This document shows positions 9,431 to 19,654 of a stretch of DNA of 64,000 nt, piece after piece. Every line of letters starts with the position of its first letter. Positions within the stretch are counted from its first letter, which is position 1. The notes under the pieces are model-generated. The model saw nothing but the letters and a program-made list of their open reading frames with translations. It was not told where the DNA came from and made no database searches. Position numbers and translations under genes: made by a program. Origin of the DNA: an uncultured virus (IMG/VR IMGVR_UViG_3300045945_000056) (Duplodnaviria > Heunggongvirae > Uroviricota > Caudoviricetes); the IMG/VR virus record IMGVR_UViG_3300045945_000056; one strand, given 5' to 3'.

Positions 9431-9799
9431 GTGTGCTGTATGTTTTTAGATCGTCTATTAGCTAAAATTTCCCCCCAACGCCCCCGCGTGAGTAACGAAT
9501 ATAAGTATGTCTATGCATCCTGTGATCCGTCTAAGTGTTATTATTGTAGCCTACCAGCAAAAGCTATGGATCACGTGCTACCAGTCTCGCTAGCGCGTCT
9601 AATGCCTTATTTTGAGTTCTCTAGTGAACTCCTGCAACTAGTTCCCTGTTGCACACGCTGCAATTCCATAGCCGGCAATAAGTTCTTCGCGTCTATATCT
9701 GCCAAGCGAAAGTATATTCTCGAGCGTATCTGTGAACTGCGCGTGCGAGCTCAATATGCTGAGGTGCTGTCTAAGTTAGATAAGTTACTCTCTAATTGA
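9431..9799 (+). CDS. HNH endonuclease (CxxC-type)
   Basis: CYYC..DHVLP...CTRCN. Paralogue at 48521-48898. Confidence 0.85.
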   Translation: MCCMFLDRLLAKISPQRPRVSNEYKYVYASCDPSKCYYCSLPAKAMDHVLPVSLARLMPYFEFSSELLQLVPCCTRCNSIAGNKFFASISAKRKYILERICELRVRAQYAEVLSKLDKLLSN

Positions 9800-9804
9800 G
9801 CTGG

Positions 9805-9860
9805 TATTCATTGGCGGATATTCATTGGCGGATATTCATTGGCGGATATTCATTTATGGA
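9805..9860. repeat. 14-bp tandem repeat
   Basis: TATTCATTGGCGGA x3 plus a degenerate fourth copy. Confidence 0.9.
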
Positions 9861-9882
9861 TACTGCTTACGTGTGTAGGCGC

Positions 9883-9909
9883 AAAAAAAGGGCTGGTCTC
9901 AGCCAGCCC
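9883..9909 (-). terminator. Rho-independent terminator of the early operon
   Basis: GGGCTGG/CCAGCCC stem followed by T7 on the minus strand. Confidence 0.8.
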
Positions 9910-10044
9910 ATTATTCTAGTATCCTAGTCTATACTGTGCTATCATGCCTAGTAGGCAAATAGCAAAGAACATAATTATCAATACCCAGCTGTCATCCATG
10001 AGTGTTCCTTTGAGGCGAGTTCACATCCTCGCCCCGCGTGTGAG

Positions 10045-10323
10045 TTATCTACCGTGCTGATACCATGCGTCAGTCACGAAATTAGCCTCAAGATATGCCA
10101 CAATTGGCAACAGATGATTAGACTCAGCGAATATCTCCCTGCACTCTTCAAAGGACTTGCCTATAGCCAGCATAAGTCCTATAGAATTGTACCAGCCGTA
10201 TACCCAGTTGTCAGGATCAACTTCCTGTCCTAGGTATGCGCAGAGCTCTTCATCAATCAGTGTTAATTGAACTGGACCAGCTTCCAGTTCAGTTTTGCGA
10301 GTGAGAGTAAAACAGTTAGGCAT
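10045..10323 (-). CDS. Hypothetical early protein
   Basis: ORF with RBS, bounded by repeated hairpins. Confidence 0.7.
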   Translation of the reverse strand: MPNCFTLTRKTELEAGPVQLTLIDEELCAYLGQEVDPDNWVYGWYNSIGLMLAIGKSFEECREIFAESNHLLPIVAYLEANFVTDAWYQHGR

Positions 10324-10555
10324 AACGGTTCCTTTCTGCGCTGGTGCTCATCCCAGCGCGATTGCTAGTTATTCTTCTACGCTGTTTGGCGCGAACTCTT
10401 CAAACAATTCCTCATAACACTGCGGGCATAATGCAGTGTTTTCGTCGACTAGAATTAAATCACTGTATACATGCGAGCAACACATAGTACAGTATCCAGA
10501 CATTTCTTGTTCACCTTATGAGTTGGGCTAGTGCTCATCCTAGCCCGGTTAGTTG

Positions 10556-10777
10556 TTACCTACGCGCCTTCAGCTCAGTCTGCACCTCATGACGCATCGC
10601 GGCCAGATGATTCTTTATGATATTGAGCATAGACAGATCAGCATGTTTATCGCTCAGCCTTACCAGGTCTTTTAGTGCCTCAATATCATGTCTCAGAATG
10701 TTGGCAATGGCTTGTGCCACCATTGCATCACGGTCATCGACCTGCTCGTCCAAATAATCGTCAGCATGATAGGACAT
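10556..10777 (-). CDS. Hypothetical early protein
   Basis: ORF with GAGG RBS. Confidence 0.65.
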   Translation of the reverse strand: MSYHADDYLDEQVDDRDAMVAQAIANILRHDIEALKDLVRLSDKHADLSMLNIIKNHLAAMRHEVQTELKARR

Positions 10778-10907
10778 TTCTTATTCCTCTTGTCAATGAG
10801 TTGTGCATTGGAACTCGCACCATGCGAGTAGCTCTCACGCCACGTCAAGGCTGCACTAGTTTGTGAGAGTTAGGCTAGTTCTCATCCTAGCCCGTTCTTG
10901 TTACACC

Positions 10908-11297
10908 TTATTTTTTGCCCTTTACCTTCTGAGTTTTTGGTTCATCCTCGGCAATTGCTGCCATTTCTTGTGCTGCCTTGGCTTGCATTTTAGCCTGCAG
11001 CATGGCAAACAACGCCTCAGTCTCAGCGTCAGACATTGCGGATACCTTGTCCTCAAGAGTCTGAGTGTACTTGCCATCCTCGTCTACTAATACTCGCCTA
11101 CCTGTAGGAAACTTTCCGTCTCGTGCCTTAGTTTGCAGTGTACGCTTGACGGATTCACCGCCACGTTCCAGCAGTTTGCTGAGGCTAGAGAACAAAACGG
11201 TTGCTTGGTACTTCACAATCGGCTTGTTCTTGTTACCCTCAACATGGCACTCGAAGTCAATGTTTACCTTCAGGTCAGCTGCGTCATAAGTAGGCAT
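10908..11297 (-). CDS. First early gene, hypothetical protein
   Basis: Start MPTYDAAD with AGGAG. Positional and sequence counterpart of 53424-53822. Confidence 0.7.
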   Translation of the reverse strand: MPTYDAADLKVNIDFECHVEGNKNKPIVKYQATVLFSSLSKLLERGGESVKRTLQTKARDGKFPTGRRVLVDEDGKYTQTLEDKVSAMSDAETEALFAMLQAKMQAKAAQEMAAIAEDEPKTQKVKGKK

Positions 11298-11396
11298 AAT
11301 CCAGCTCCTACGCGCACTGCCCGCATGCACTCGCATGAGCAAGTGCGCTATCTGAAAGAACGCTGTGTGCAGCGACCATCGCTGCCTCACACTAAC

Positions 11397-11491
11397 ATTG
11401 TACCTAGCGGCACTCACCTTGTCAAGGCCGCCTTGCGAGTGGCGTTTGCCGCTCACACTTATATTGTTGCACATCCAAACGCGGTTGTCAA
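11397..11491 (-). promoter_or_regulatory. Tandem duplicated early promoters
   Basis: TTGACA-17-TACAAT (11397-11425) and TTGACA-17-AACAAT (11463-11491) with duplicated flanks. Confidence 0.7.
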
Positions 11492-11665
11492 GGCCAGATC
11501 GCATTTTGAGCAGCAATAGGCAGATACATCTCGCGCTCGCGTGTGAAGACTCGCGTGCCTGTCTTCGCGCGCACCCGACCATGGGGGGAGCAAATTCGCG
11601 CCGCTTGGGGAGAGCCTCCTCTCTTGTGCTGCAATTTCAAATCATGCTCCTTACATTTACAAGCT

Positions 11666-11810
11666 ATTATATCAGAAAATTATTCAAATGTCAAGTTAGC
11701 ATTCAATTTTTAGCTATGGTTAGATATTGTAACTTTCAAAATACATTTTTGCACAAACTACGTTATTTAAGCTAAAATCCCTTGACAAACTGACTGTAAT
11801 CTGATACAAT
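11666..11810. promoter_or_regulatory. Divergent early/late promoters
   Basis: Minus-strand TTGACA-17-TATAAT (11666-11694) and plus-strand TTGACA-17-TACAAT (11782-11810). Confidence 0.85.
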
Positions 11811-11887
11811 AGTAAACAGAATACAGGCTTGTTGAGCGACATGCGCGCTCACAAGCAGCTCTTCAAGCTGCAACAAAGGAGTAATTA

Positions 11888-12379
11888 ATGTCTGAGGACA
11901 AATACAAATACGACCGTAGGTTCGTTCCAAAGCGAGTCTACGAAATCAAGTCCCTCTGGGCCAACCATGAGCAAATGCTTCGCATGGTGGCTCTTGGACA
12001 CTCCAACGAACATGTCGCTGCGACATGCGGAGTGACAGCACAAACTGTATCTAACGTCCGCAATTCACCTATTGCTCAAGCAAAATTGCGGCAATTTCGC
12101 CAGGAACTCGATGCCGAGGCAATAGACATTGGTGCTAGAATCACTGAATTCGCACCGCAAGCGCTGAGACTTCTGGAGGAAGTCATCTCTGGCGAAATTG
12201 AAGCACCCATTGCCATTCGTGCAAAGTACGCTTCAGTACATCTAGGTCGCGCCGGCTTTGGTGAGGTGCACAAAGTAGCCTCTATCAACACCCATCTCTC
12301 ACGCGACGACATTGAGGCAATCAAGATGCGTGCACTTAATGCGGCATCTGACGCCGGACTCCTCGCAAGCGAGGAATAA
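11888..12379 (+). CDS. Putative terminase small subunit (HTH)
   Basis: HTH-like segment (VAATCGVTAQTVSNV) upstream of TerL. Paralogue at 54377-54832. Confidence 0.65.
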   Translation: MSEDKYKYDRRFVPKRVYEIKSLWANHEQMLRMVALGHSNEHVAATCGVTAQTVSNVRNSPIAQAKLRQFRQELDAEAIDIGARITEFAPQALRLLEEVISGEIEAPIAIRAKYASVHLGRAGFGEVHKVASINTHLSRDDIEAIKMRALNAASDAGLLASEE

Positions 12380-12477
12380 TAACTTGTAAATGTTAGCTCG
12401 GTCGAGGGCGACCGACGGGCCCGCAAGTAACGATAAATCGCTATGGTTAAACTTTAACCACAACACGGAAACTCTGT

Positions 12478-13992
12478 ATGCCACTAGCGACACTTACACC
12501 TGACTTAGCAGACATCCTGGCACTCTGCTACCAAAACATCGGCGTGTTCTGCAAGACGTTGCTTCCAGAAGCATTCAACACGCCCTGGTCGACGCTTCAC
12601 GCGTCAATCCTCGATGCTATAGACTCACCTCATCAGCGTATATGCATAGCTGCACCGCGAGGCTTAGGCAAAACTTCACTGGCCCGTGCGTTAGTAGAAA
12701 AGTCAATCCTATTCCGTGAATACGAATTCGTCACGTACATCTCCAACAGCGAGACAATCGCTACTATGCAAACGGAGAACATAAAACGTGAGCTTCTTAC
12801 TAATCGAGAAATTCGACGGATATTTGGTAACGTACAAATTAACGCAGATGATCCCGAGCTGGATGAGTCCTTCAGCAAACAGTCCTGGGTGGCGTTTGGA
12901 AGTACACTCGTCATGCCCCGCGGCGCTGGTCAGCAAGTTCGGGGACTATTATATAAGAACTATCGCCCTCAACTAATAATAGTAGACGACCTTGAAAAGA
13001 AAGAGGAGTTAGAGAACTCCGAGAATCGCCGTAAACTCAAAGAGTGGTTCAACTCCGACTTACTCAAGTGTGTAGATCGCTATAGCGACAAGTGGCGTGT
13101 TATCTACATAGACACTCTCAAACATTACGACTCGCTTCTTCAAGAACTCCTAACCAGTGATGAATGGCACTCAATGCGCCTGGATCTATGCAATGATTCT
13201 TACGAATCACTGGCACCACACTTAATCTCTACCGATGAACTCCGCCGCGAAGTAGAATCGCACCGCAACAAAGGACTACTCGACGTATTCTACATGGAAT
13301 ATCGTAACTTACCTATCTCAAAAGAAGACGCAACATTCCGTCAAGAATACTTCAAGTACTACGAAGAACGCGAGCTAGATTCTGCGAATCTCGAGAATGT
13401 AATCATAGTTGATCCTGCCAAAACTGCTAATATGCACTCAGCAGACAGTGCAATCGTTGGCATTGGCATTGACTACAGCCACAACGCTATATACGTCAGA
13501 GACGTAGTCAGCGGCAAGTTCTTCCCTAACGACTTGTACGATGAAATGTTTGCTATGCGTCGCCGCCTTAACGCACACGTAGTGGGCATAGAGGTAACAG
13601 GACTTGAGGAATTTATTAAGCAACCTATCACTAACGAAATGCTACGACGCGGTCCCGCTGACTCTTTTGAAGCTGTATGGCTTAAGGCTAGAGGTGGAGC
13701 TCCTGATGGCGAGAAAGGTAAGATTAAGCGCATTGGTGCGCTTTCGCCTTATTACAGACAGGGCTGGATCTACCACAACAAAACTAATTGCAGTAAGCTC
13801 GAAGCACAATTACTGTCATTTCCACGTAGCGGTCTCGTGGACGTTGCCGATGCGACAGCCTACGTCATTGAGCTACTTGAATTAGGCGGCAGGTACTTCA
13901 CCACTCCTGATGCTGACGCATCACAAGATGCCGACGAGTTCGCATCACTCGAATACGATCCACCTCTAGACGACGACTGGAGGCTCGTGTAA
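12478..13992 (+). CDS. terL: Terminase large subunit
   Basis: APRGLGKT Walker A, IIVDD Walker B, VDPA and DVAD nuclease motifs. Confidence 0.92.
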   Translation: MPLATLTPDLADILALCYQNIGVFCKTLLPEAFNTPWSTLHASILDAIDSPHQRICIAAPRGLGKTSLARALVEKSILFREYEFVTYISNSETIATMQTENIKRELLTNREIRRIFGNVQINADDPELDESFSKQSWVAFGSTLVMPRGAGQQVRGLLYKNYRPQLIIVDDLEKKEELENSENRRKLKEWFNSDLLKCVDRYSDKWRVIYIDTLKHYDSLLQELLTSDEWHSMRLDLCNDSYESLAPHLISTDELRREVESHRNKGLLDVFYMEYRNLPISKEDATFRQEYFKYYEERELDSANLENVIIVDPAKTANMHSADSAIVGIGIDYSHNAIYVRDVVSGKFFPNDLYDEMFAMRRRLNAHVVGIEVTGLEEFIKQPITNEMLRRGPADSFEAVWLKARGGAPDGEKGKIKRIGALSPYYRQGWIYHNKTNCSKLEAQLLSFPRSGLVDVADATAYVIELLELGGRYFTTPDADASQDADEFASLEYDPPLDDDWRLV

Positions 13993-15956
13993 TGCCGTAC
14001 CAACTGACGAACCCAGATTCGCTCATTAACATGGGTGATACTGAAAAGTACGACTACAAGTACGATTATCCTGAAGACATGAACCTAAAGCCAGGTGGCG
14101 AGCTTCATCAACGTTTGCTTTCACGCTTACTTCGCTACGGTTGGGAATCAGCTAAAGTGCAATCAGCTCGCAGACCTGCGTGGGATGCAACTAACGAAAC
14201 ACTCACCGCGTACATTTCACTCAGTGACAAAGAACGCTTAATCAAGCGCAAGGACCCCCGCAAGCCAGTCAGCATCGTATTTCCATACTCTTATGCAATC
14301 CTGGAAACTTTAGTCTCGTATCTCGTCGCAGCATTCTTTCCTAATCCAATGTTTCGTTACGAAGGCGCGTCACCAGAAGATGTCGCCGGCGCAATACTTA
14401 TGGAAAAAGTAATAGACCTTCAGTGCACGCGCAACAAGGTAGCACTTTCACTGCACACAATGTTCCGTGATGCTTGTGCCTATGGCTTCGGCGCCGTGTC
14501 ACCCTATTGGCTCACTCGCTATGGCAAAAAACAGTCTCGCTCGCCACGAGGCTTTTATGACGGTGATGGTGAGTTCACTCAAACAGGATTCGCTCGCACC
14601 TTGCGCGAGAATGCTATTCTCTTTGAGGGAAACGCTATCACCAATATAGATCCGTACAACTATCTACCAGACCCTAATTACTCCATTCACGACGTACAGA
14701 AAGGTGAGTACGTAGGCTGGCTAGATCGCTCAAACTACATGGATCTGCTCAGTGAGGAACAGGATGATCCTACACTCTTCAATGTTCGTTATCTACGTCA
14801 TACTCCTAATAAAGCTAGCGGTATTCTCGGTACTGACACGCGCACTTCTCGCACTCGCGCACTTCGTGGTGACGCTACTTCATTCGACCGGAACATTTCT
14901 CAGCCAGTTGATCAGTTTCATGTTTACGTCAAACTTATTCCGAGTATGTGGAAACTTGGTAAATCAGATATACCTGAGAAGTGGCTATTCACTGTCGCAA
15001 ATGACGCTATTATCATACGTGCTAATCCTCTTGATCTTGATCACGATATGTTTCCAGTTGGGATTTGTGCTCCAGATTTCGACGGCTATTCACCCGTAGC
15101 ATACAGCCGCCTCGAAATACTTAGCGGCATGCAAACAGTAATCGACTGGCTCTTCAACTCGCACGTGGCAAATGTCCGTAAAGCTATCAACGACATGCTC
15201 ATTGTCGATCCATACCTACTTAACATAGAAGACTTGCGTGATCCCGAACCAGGTGGACTCATACGCTTACGTCGTCCTGCCTGGGGTCGTGGTGTTGAGA
15301 ATGCAGTTAAGCAACTAGCAGTAACTGACATCACTCGCACCAACCTTCAGGACGTGGCCTTCATAGTAGAATACATGCAGACTATGACTGGCACTGACAA
15401 CGCAGTAATGGGCAATCTCCGTAAAGGTGGTCCTGAGCGTTTAAGCGCACGTGAGTTTCAAGGTACTGCGCAAGGTGCAGTAAACCGTCTTGAGCGCATA
15501 GCCAAAATAGTAGGTCTGCAGGCTATGCAGGACATCGGGTACATGTTCGCCTACCACGCGCAACAGTTCATGTCACAGGAAGTGTATGTTAAATCCGTCG
15601 GTGAATGGCCAGCATCAATTCAACGCCAGTTCAACATTACTGACCAGCGAGTGCTCGTCAGTCCTATGGACATCCTAGTAGACTACGACTTGATTGTACG
15701 CGACGGCTCCATCCCGGGCGGCAATTTCAGTGACATCTGGACTCAGCTGTTTCAGATAATAGGTAGCAACGAACAACTCATGCAATCATTCGATGTGGTC
15801 AACATCTTCAAGTACATAGCTACATCGCTTGGTGCTAAGAATGTTGACGCATTCGAGAGGCAGCAGCCAGCAGCACAAGTAGCAGCTGCGCCTGATGAGC
15901 AGGTCATGAATCAAGTGGCGAACGGTGAGCTGGTTTCATTGCTTGAACAGGGATGA
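13992..15956 (+). CDS. Portal protein
   Basis: 654 aa, directly after TerL, podovirus portal-like pattern. Paralogue at 57653-59584. Confidence 0.85.
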   Translation: MPYQLTNPDSLINMGDTEKYDYKYDYPEDMNLKPGGELHQRLLSRLLRYGWESAKVQSARRPAWDATNETLTAYISLSDKERLIKRKDPRKPVSIVFPYSYAILETLVSYLVAAFFPNPMFRYEGASPEDVAGAILMEKVIDLQCTRNKVALSLHTMFRDACAYGFGAVSPYWLTRYGKKQSRSPRGFYDGDGEFTQTGFARTLRENAILFEGNAITNIDPYNYLPDPNYSIHDVQKGEYVGWLDRSNYMDLLSEEQDDPTLFNVRYLRHTPNKASGILGTDTRTSRTRALRGDATSFDRNISQPVDQFHVYVKLIPSMWKLGKSDIPEKWLFTVANDAIIIRANPLDLDHDMFPVGICAPDFDGYSPVAYSRLEILSGMQTVIDWLFNSHVANVRKAINDMLIVDPYLLNIEDLRDPEPGGLIRLRRPAWGRGVENAVKQLAVTDITRTNLQDVAFIVEYMQTMTGTDNAVMGNLRKGGPERLSAREFQGTAQGAVNRLERIAKIVGLQAMQDIGYMFAYHAQQFMSQEVYVKSVGEWPASIQRQFNITDQRVLVSPMDILVDYDLIVRDGSIPGGNFSDIWTQLFQIIGSNEQLMQSFDVVNIFKYIATSLGAKNVDAFERQQPAAQVAAAPDEQVMNQVANGELVSLLEQG

Positions 15957-15959
15957 CTA

Positions 15960-16198
15960 TGGTTAAAGTTTAACCGTAAGATTGGCGAGCAGCAACGCGC
16001 GAAGCCCTTATGGGACCGATGCTTCTCGCGCCCGATGCATTTTCCCGCAGGAGGCGAATTTCTCCCTTCACGAAAGGGCACGCAGTCACCCAAAGGGGCG
16101 GAACGAAGTGGAGCACGCGAAGCGTTGACTGCACTAGTGCCCTGTAGTGATATAATCTCTAGCCTCCTGCAGGGATAAATGCAACGAAGGTGCACAGT
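15960..16198 (+). repeat. Element H3
   Basis: TGGTTAAAGTTTAACCG, GCAACGCG and a hairpin at 16036-16183 with TTGACT-20-TATAAT. Confidence 0.8.
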
Positions 16199-16447
16199 AT
16201 GGCTGAACAAAACTTTCATGCAACACTTAGTGAATTTCACGCACTTATTGAGAGCGTAGCCTGGCGTGATATGCGTAGCGAAGTTGATACCTGGCTTCAG
16301 GAGATACGTAATAAACTAGAAGTTGAAGACGACATAGGTGAAATTAAACGCTTTCAGGGCATCGCTGAAGCATGTAGACACTTTATAAATCTACCTCAAA
16401 GCATTTGCGATGCAATCGAGGAGAATGTAAATGGCAGAGAATTTTGA
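16199..16447 (+). CDS. Small conserved head-module protein
   Basis: WRD...LE...I.R.QG pattern. Paralogue at 59584-59826. Confidence 0.75.
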   Translation: MAEQNFHATLSEFHALIESVAWRDMRSEVDTWLQEIRNKLEVEDDIGEIKRFQGIAEACRHFINLPQSICDAIEENVNGREF

Positions 16448-17147
16448 CTTATTAGATTTCGGACCTGGTTCTAGCGAACCAAATGAGCCTGAACCTGAGC
16501 CTGAGCCGGCGATCCAAAGTGATGAACCAGTTTCTACTGAATCTTCGCCTGAACCTGAAGAAGGCGATCACGAGTCTGCATTACTTGCTCGGCTTGAAGA
16601 AGAGACTGGTCGTCGCCTGCAATTGGAAAGGGAGCTGCCACCCGAACCTGATGCAGCTGGCGATCAGCCCGCTGATCCAGATTTCTTGGAAGGGCTCGAT
16701 ATTGATGAAGTACTTAGTTCTAGCGAGAATCTTAATCGACTTTTACTTGCTGTATACAATCGTGGTGTTGGCGAAGCGATGCGTAGAGCTTCAGACAACG
16801 TGCTTGGCTCTGTGCAAGACCTTGTATCACGATACGTTCGCGAGCAGCTCACAATGAGTGAAATGGTAAAGGAGTTCTATGACGCTAATCCAGACCTGCG
16901 GCAATTCCGTCGCACTGTAGCTGCATATGCAAAGGATATATCTAAGGAGAATCCTGAACTCAAGCCACAGGAGGTATTCGCAAAAACTGCCACTCACGTT
17001 CGCACCGCGCTGAAACTTAAGAAACTAGATTCTCCCGCGCCGAAGCAAACTAATAGAAGCTTCGCACCACAGCGTGGTCGCAAAGTAGAAGTTGAGCCTG
17101 AACTAACGGGCTTAGAGAAAGAGATCATGGATTTAGTGGAGTTATAA
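16431..17147 (+). CDS. Putative capsid scaffolding protein
   Basis: Acidic/Pro-rich N-terminus, helical body, located before the capsid gene. Confidence 0.7.
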   Translation: MAENFDLLDFGPGSSEPNEPEPEPEPAIQSDEPVSTESSPEPEEGDHESALLARLEEETGRRLQLERELPPEPDAAGDQPADPDFLEGLDIDEVLSSSENLNRLLLAVYNRGVGEAMRRASDNVLGSVQDLVSRYVREQLTMSEMVKEFYDANPDLRQFRRTVAAYAKDISKENPELKPQEVFAKTATHVRTALKLKKLDSPAPKQTNRSFAPQRGRKVEVEPELTGLEKEIMDLVEL

Positions 17148-17149
17148 CT

Positions 17150-17338
17150 ATGGAAATCACCTATTTGAGCACCTATGATAGACACTGTTTAGACAAGCTA
17201 ATTGGTACATCAACTGAAGATCGTTTGCGTGCAGAGGGGCACGTATTCACTCTTACGGATGGAACTGAATACGAACGTGAGGGTAAGATATTATTCTTGC
17301 TTGCGGCTGATGCGCCTACTGATGGAGTGAATCCTTAA
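17150..17338 (+). CDS. Hypothetical protein
   Basis: Short ORF with GGAG RBS. Confidence 0.55.
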   Translation: MEITYLSTYDRHCLDKLIGTSTEDRLRAEGHVFTLTDGTEYEREGKILFLLAADAPTDGVNP

Positions 17339-17393
17339 TTAACTTTCTGGAGTAAGTGCTGGGCTTCAGAGCCAACTACAGAAAGGTATTATC

Positions 17394-18686
17394 ATGGCTT
17401 TCATGGGAATGCGTGGTACTGGTGACTGGGCAACTGACGAGCGTCCAAAGAACTGGCGGCAAGGAATACTTTACCTTTACCCGAACGGAATGGCGCCACT
17501 TACGGGCTTATTGAGTAAGATGGGAGAAGAAGTAGTTACTGACCCTGAATTTGCGTGGTGGACAAAGAACCTCGCGACTCAAGGCGGAACTATCACTGAC
17601 ATTTATACTGACTCAGGAATGACAGCTGCACTCGCTGCCGGCGGTACTGCAGCTGGCGTCACACTCTACGTGAAGGTAGCTCAGGCGCTTGCCACTGAAT
17701 TTCGTGTCGGCCATCAGGTTCTATTGCGGGTATCTACCAACCTTAACGTAGACGTAAACGCTAAAGTAGTTGGCGTAACTCTCGCCGGTGCTGATTCTAA
17801 GATAGATGTTAAACTCTTAGAGGCTGACGATAATGGTGGAGCAACAAACCTGTCTACTGCAGATACCATTCTTATTATCGGTAACATTAACTCTGAAGGT
17901 GCGCCAATTCCTAATGCTGTTGCCTATGATCCTGTGAAGTGGTTCAACTACACTCAGATTTTCCGTACTCCTTTGGACATTACTCGTACCGCGCGTAAAA
18001 CTACGCTGCGTACCGAGGACGCGTACAAAGAAGCAAAACGTGAATCTCTCGAACTTCACTCTATTGAGATGGAGAAAGCATTCTTCTGGGGCATTCGCAC
18101 GGAGAACGTTGGCACTAACGGCAAGCCTGAACGCACTACTATGGGTGTCATTCAGGCAATCAAAACAGGTGCACCTAGCAACTCATTTACATACACCACC
18201 GATGCAAGTGTTCCGGCGAGTACTACTTGGCTTGAAGGTGGTGAAGAATGGCTAGATAGATCACTTGAAGTAATCTTCCGTTATGGCTCAAGTGATAAAA
18301 TGGCCTTTGCTGGTAGTGGTGCGTTGCTTGGCATTAATCGCATTGCAAAAGCAGCTGGTCAGATTAACCTCACACCCACGGCTACTTCATACGGTCTCAA
18401 GGTTACGCAATGGATTACACCATTTGGTACACTTAACCTAATGACGCACCCATTGTTCAGTTACGATGCAACTACGCGTAATCTACTGGTTATACTAGAG
18501 CCACAAATGCTCAAGTACCGCTACATTGATGATACTACATTCATGAGTATGGACACGACTAAAGTATCACCATCGCACGAGCGGCTCGACGGTACTAAAG
18601 AAGAGTGGCTAACTGAGTGCGGTCTTGAGTATCATCACCCAACGAAGTTTGGTTTGCTGAATGATGTAGGTAAAGATAAGCCGTAA
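17394..18686 (+). CDS. Major capsid protein (intron-less allele)
   Basis: 430 aa with NYTQIFR...E.EKAF.G...RTT.G motifs typical of podovirus capsid proteins. Confidence 0.88.
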   Translation: MAFMGMRGTGDWATDERPKNWRQGILYLYPNGMAPLTGLLSKMGEEVVTDPEFAWWTKNLATQGGTITDIYTDSGMTAALAAGGTAAGVTLYVKVAQALATEFRVGHQVLLRVSTNLNVDVNAKVVGVTLAGADSKIDVKLLEADDNGGATNLSTADTILIIGNINSEGAPIPNAVAYDPVKWFNYTQIFRTPLDITRTARKTTLRTEDAYKEAKRESLELHSIEMEKAFFWGIRTENVGTNGKPERTTMGVIQAIKTGAPSNSFTYTTDASVPASTTWLEGGEEWLDRSLEVIFRYGSSDKMAFAGSGALLGINRIAKAAGQINLTPTATSYGLKVTQWITPFGTLNLMTHPLFSYDATTRNLLVILEPQMLKYRYIDDTTFMSMDTTKVSPSHERLDGTKEEWLTECGLEYHHPTKFGLLNDVGKDKP

Positions 18687-18713
18687 TGGTTAAAATCTAA
18701 CCATAGGACCGTT

Positions 18714-19409
18714 ATGACTCTTCTAGAAATACGCACCAAATTTATTGAGCTGAGTGGCCGCTACGATTTGATCACGGATACCGAATCGTACCAGGACTCT
18801 GGTGCGGATTTCTTTATACTTAGCGGCCAGCGGTGGCTAGACCGGACATTCGAAGTACTTAAGTCCACCGCAAACTATTATGCTACCCTTGCCGCCGGTA
18901 ATTGGTACTTACTTATACCTGAGTGCAGAGTTATACGTGAGGTACGGGCAACTAACTTAAGTGGCGTAGTCGTGAAGCTCAAACCTCTCTCGCTTGAGCG
19001 TATGCATCGTACACAAGAGCCAGGTTGTCCGTACCTTTACGCGCCGTGTGCAATTCGCACTCAGCCTGAGATTGCGGGGCAATCCACGGTGCCGCCGAAT
19101 ACTATCGTTATGGAGGACAACTTTCCTTACAATGCTATAGTATTCAACACGGCCTTCAGTGAGCAGACGCAATTACAAGTTGTTGGTTACTTCTACCAGT
19201 CGCCGCTGGTAAATGACACTGACTACAACTTCTGGAGCACACAGCATCCCTGGGTGCTGGTGCTCGCGGCTATGCGTGCAATGGAAGTAGCTCAGCGTAA
19301 CCGTGATGGCGTGGCCGATTGGGAAACAGCTATACGTAGTGAAATGCTTGGACTAGAGTACGATTACGTCGAGCAATTATCACTTCCTATAAAGCAAATG
19401 GAGGGATAG
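18714..19409 (+). CDS. Putative head-tail adaptor
   Basis: MTLLEIR start, located after the capsid gene. Paralogue starts at 63502. Confidence 0.6.
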   Translation: MTLLEIRTKFIELSGRYDLITDTESYQDSGADFFILSGQRWLDRTFEVLKSTANYYATLAAGNWYLLIPECRVIREVRATNLSGVVVKLKPLSLERMHRTQEPGCPYLYAPCAIRTQPEIAGQSTVPPNTIVMEDNFPYNAIVFNTAFSEQTQLQVVGYFYQSPLVNDTDYNFWSTQHPWVLVLAAMRAMEVAQRNRDGVADWETAIRSEMLGLEYDYVEQLSLPIKQMEG

Positions 19410-19419
19410 AATGTGGCTA

Positions 19420-19650
19420 TGGTTAAAGTTTGACCACAGCTGCGCCCAACGAGGCGCCCTTGTGGCTACGTCTCTGCTGCTTCCAGCCGCCCCAGGCATT
19501 TCTCCGTAGGAGGCATCTTGAGACAAATCGCGACTTGCGAGCTGTCAAGGGGTCCCCAGCGAAGCGTCCCTTGACAGTGAAGCAATTAAGCGATTAGGCT
19601 CTCTTGCCTCCGCAGGATAAATGACTGCTGGCGTTTACATGAGGAATAAT
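19420..19650 (+). repeat. Element H4
   Basis: TGGTTAAAGTTTGACCA and a hairpin at ~19491-19632 with CTGTCAAGGG/CCCTTGACAG. Confidence 0.8.
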
Positions 19651-19654
19651 TATA

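Noticed and set aside
9805..10893. Possible CRISPR or mini-array
   Set aside because: The tandem repeat has no spacers, and the repeated hairpins are separated by whole genes of variable length. The Cas4-like genes are typical phage recombination nucleases.
11298..11775. Long ORF extensions (to 11582; 11365-11775)
   Set aside because: They overlap promoters and the leader. The real gene starts at 11297.
15911..16240. ORFs over hairpin elements (also 7216-7444, 24977-25276, 32863-33135, 50574-50759)
   Set aside because: They are better explained as chance ORFs in GC-rich structured elements, with no RBS or paralogue.
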